From assembly GCF_030144855.1 (NCBI RefSeq), contig NC_082731.1:31806001-31870000 (forward strand): a DNA stretch of 64,000 nucleotides, given 5' to 3'. Source of the DNA: Hypanus sabinus. Taxonomy: Eukaryota. Shown here in pieces: positions 62,456 to 64,000 of the stretch (positions within the stretch are counted from its first letter, which is position 1; the number at the start of each line of letters is the position of its first letter). Under the pieces are notes generated by a model. The model did not search any database. It was not told the DNA's origin and worked only from the letters and a program-made list of their open reading frames with translations. A program made the position numbers and the translations under genes.

Positions 62456-63038
62456 GGTCGCGGCTCCACGAGGGAATCACTGAAATCTGCGTCACTTCCG
62501 CTCTCGATGTCACCGGGGCACCGTCTGGACCGGCGGAAGAGTTGCGCACTGAAGGTGTCCTGGCAGGACGGGCAGCAGCGCCTGCGCACTGAGGGAGATT
62601 CCTGGCCGGACATGCGGCAGCGCATGCGCACTGAGGGAGACGCAGGCGGGACAGGCAGGGGCGCTTGCGCAGTGAGGGAGATTCCTGGCCGGACTGGCAG
62701 CGGCGCCTGCGCAGTGTGGCGCTAGCGGACGCCGGGGAAGTAGCGGAGCGTGCGCATTTCGGTCCAGACGGAAACCTAGGTGGGGGGGGGAGGGGAGAAG
62801 GAGCGAGTTCGCCGGTAGCGCCTGCGCACTGCGGTGTCCGTCTGGGCGGGAGGGAACGGCGCCTGCGCAAATTGATCCCCGGCTCTGACAGCTGCAGCGG
62901 CGAGCAGGAGCGCGCCGAGCGGTTCCCGCCGCCCGTCAGTCGCCGGTCCCGTACGTCACAGCCGGTTGCCGGCCCGGTCTCCGGCCGACGGTAACGGGTC
63001 ACCGATCGACCGCTGAACGGCAGGCTGCCGGGCACGGA
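62456..63038. promoter_or_regulatory. CpG-island bidirectional promoter NOP10/SLC12A6
   Basis: Very CpG-rich. ETS-CRE composite tgcgtcacttccg at 62488-62500, and 6-8 NRF1-like GCGCNTGCGCA sites (62578, 62620, 62661, 62703, 62818, 62859). Confidence 0.85.
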
Positions 63039-63228
63039 ATGGCCATGTCGGTGCGGTTCACGGTGACACCGACCCGCGCCGAGGACGTACCGGGACTGGG
63101 GGGCAGCCCCGATGTCGCCGGCGGCGGAGGCGATGCGGCCGACCGGATGCAGGACGGCGAGACGGCGGCATCGCAGGGAGTTGGCGACCCGGGACAATCA
63201 GCGAGCGGCGCAGTGGAAACGGGGGAAG
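63039..63228 (+). CDS. SLC12A6: K-Cl cotransporter 3 (KCC3a-type) first coding exon
   Basis: MAMSVRFTVTPTRAEDVPGLGGSPD matches human [25 protein letters not shown] (RFxV SPAK/OSR1 motif). AAG|GTGAGT donor, phase 1. Synteny with NOP10 and NUTM1. Confidence 0.88.
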
Positions 63229-63253
63229 GTGAGTGGAGAAAAGCGGGGTGAGA

Positions 63254-64000
63254 GGTACCGGTGGGGACGGGTCTGTCACTGTATAACACCGGGGTACGGT
63301 ACCGGTGGGGACGGGTCCGTCACTGTGTAACACCGGGGTACGGTACCGGTGGGGGCGGGTCTGTCACTGTGTAACACCGGGGTACGGTACCAGTGGGGAC
63401 GGGTCTGTCACTGTATAACACCGGGGTACGGTACTGGTGGGGACGGGACTGTCACTGTGTAACACCGGGGTACGGTACCAGTGGGGACGGGTCTGTCACT
63501 GTATAACACCGGGGTACGGTACTGGTGGGGACGGGACTGTCACTGTGTAACACCGGGGTACGGTACCGGTGGGGACGGGTCCGTCACTGTGTAACACCGG
63601 GGTACGGTACCGGTGGGGACGGGTCTGTCACTGTATAACACCGGGGTACGGTACTGGTGGGGATGGGTCTGTCACTGTATAACACCGGGGTACGGTACCG
63701 GTGGGAACGGGTCCATCACTGTGTAACACCGGGGTACGGTACCAGTGGGAACGGGTCTGTCACTGTGTAACACCGGGGTACGGTACCGGTGGGGACGGGT
63801 CTGTCACTGTATAACACCGGGGTACGGTATCGGTGGGAACGGGTCCGTCACTGTGTAACACCGGGGTACAGTACTGGTGGGGACGGGTCTGTCACTGTGT
63901 AACACCGGGGTACGGTACCAGTGGGAACGGGTCTGTCACTGTGTAACACCAGGGTACAGTACCGGTGGGAACGGGTCCGTCACTGTGTAACACCGGGGTA
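63254..64000. repeat. 44-bp intronic minisatellite, ~17 copies, runs off the right edge
   Basis: Unit ggtaccggtggggacgggtctgtcactgtataacaccggggtac, period 44. Confidence 0.98.

Noticed and set aside
62427-63197. 256-aa minus-strand ORF over the promoter
   Set aside because: GC-rich CpG-island ORF antisense to SLC12A6 exon 1, with no recognisable homology.

Overview
Eukaryotic (vertebrate) genomic DNA, very repeat-rich and GC-rich. The LINE, Penelope-derived and minisatellite content suggests a cartilaginous fish, probably a ray (inference). Four spliced protein-coding genes can be reconstructed by hand from GT-AG junctions with consistent phases. (1) A divergent RPGRIP1/RPGRIP1L-family gene (- strand, exons 1305-12508; coiled-coil region plus first C2 domain; 5' end not visible). 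(2) A complete NUT-family gene (NUTM1-like, - strand, 6 coding exons 20265-37633, ~819 aa). (3) A complete 64-aa NOP10 (- strand, 2 exons) whose single 12.25-kb intron is mostly a 27-bp G-rich minisatellite. (4) Exon 1 of SLC12A6/KCC3 (+ strand), head-to-head with NOP10 across a CpG-rich promoter carrying NRF1-like and ETS-CRE motifs. Between RPGRIP1 and NUTM1 lies a 5'-complete, young-looking Tx1-clade (L1 group) retrotransposon whose 5' end joins directly to a 20-copy 52-bp minisatellite. The remainder is CR1, Rex1/Babar and L1 fragments (several nested, with TSDs), a solo LTR, Penelope-derived palindromes with decayed minimal hammerhead motifs, at least 9 minisatellite arrays and N gaps. 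Most long ORFs in the supplied track are repeat artefacts.
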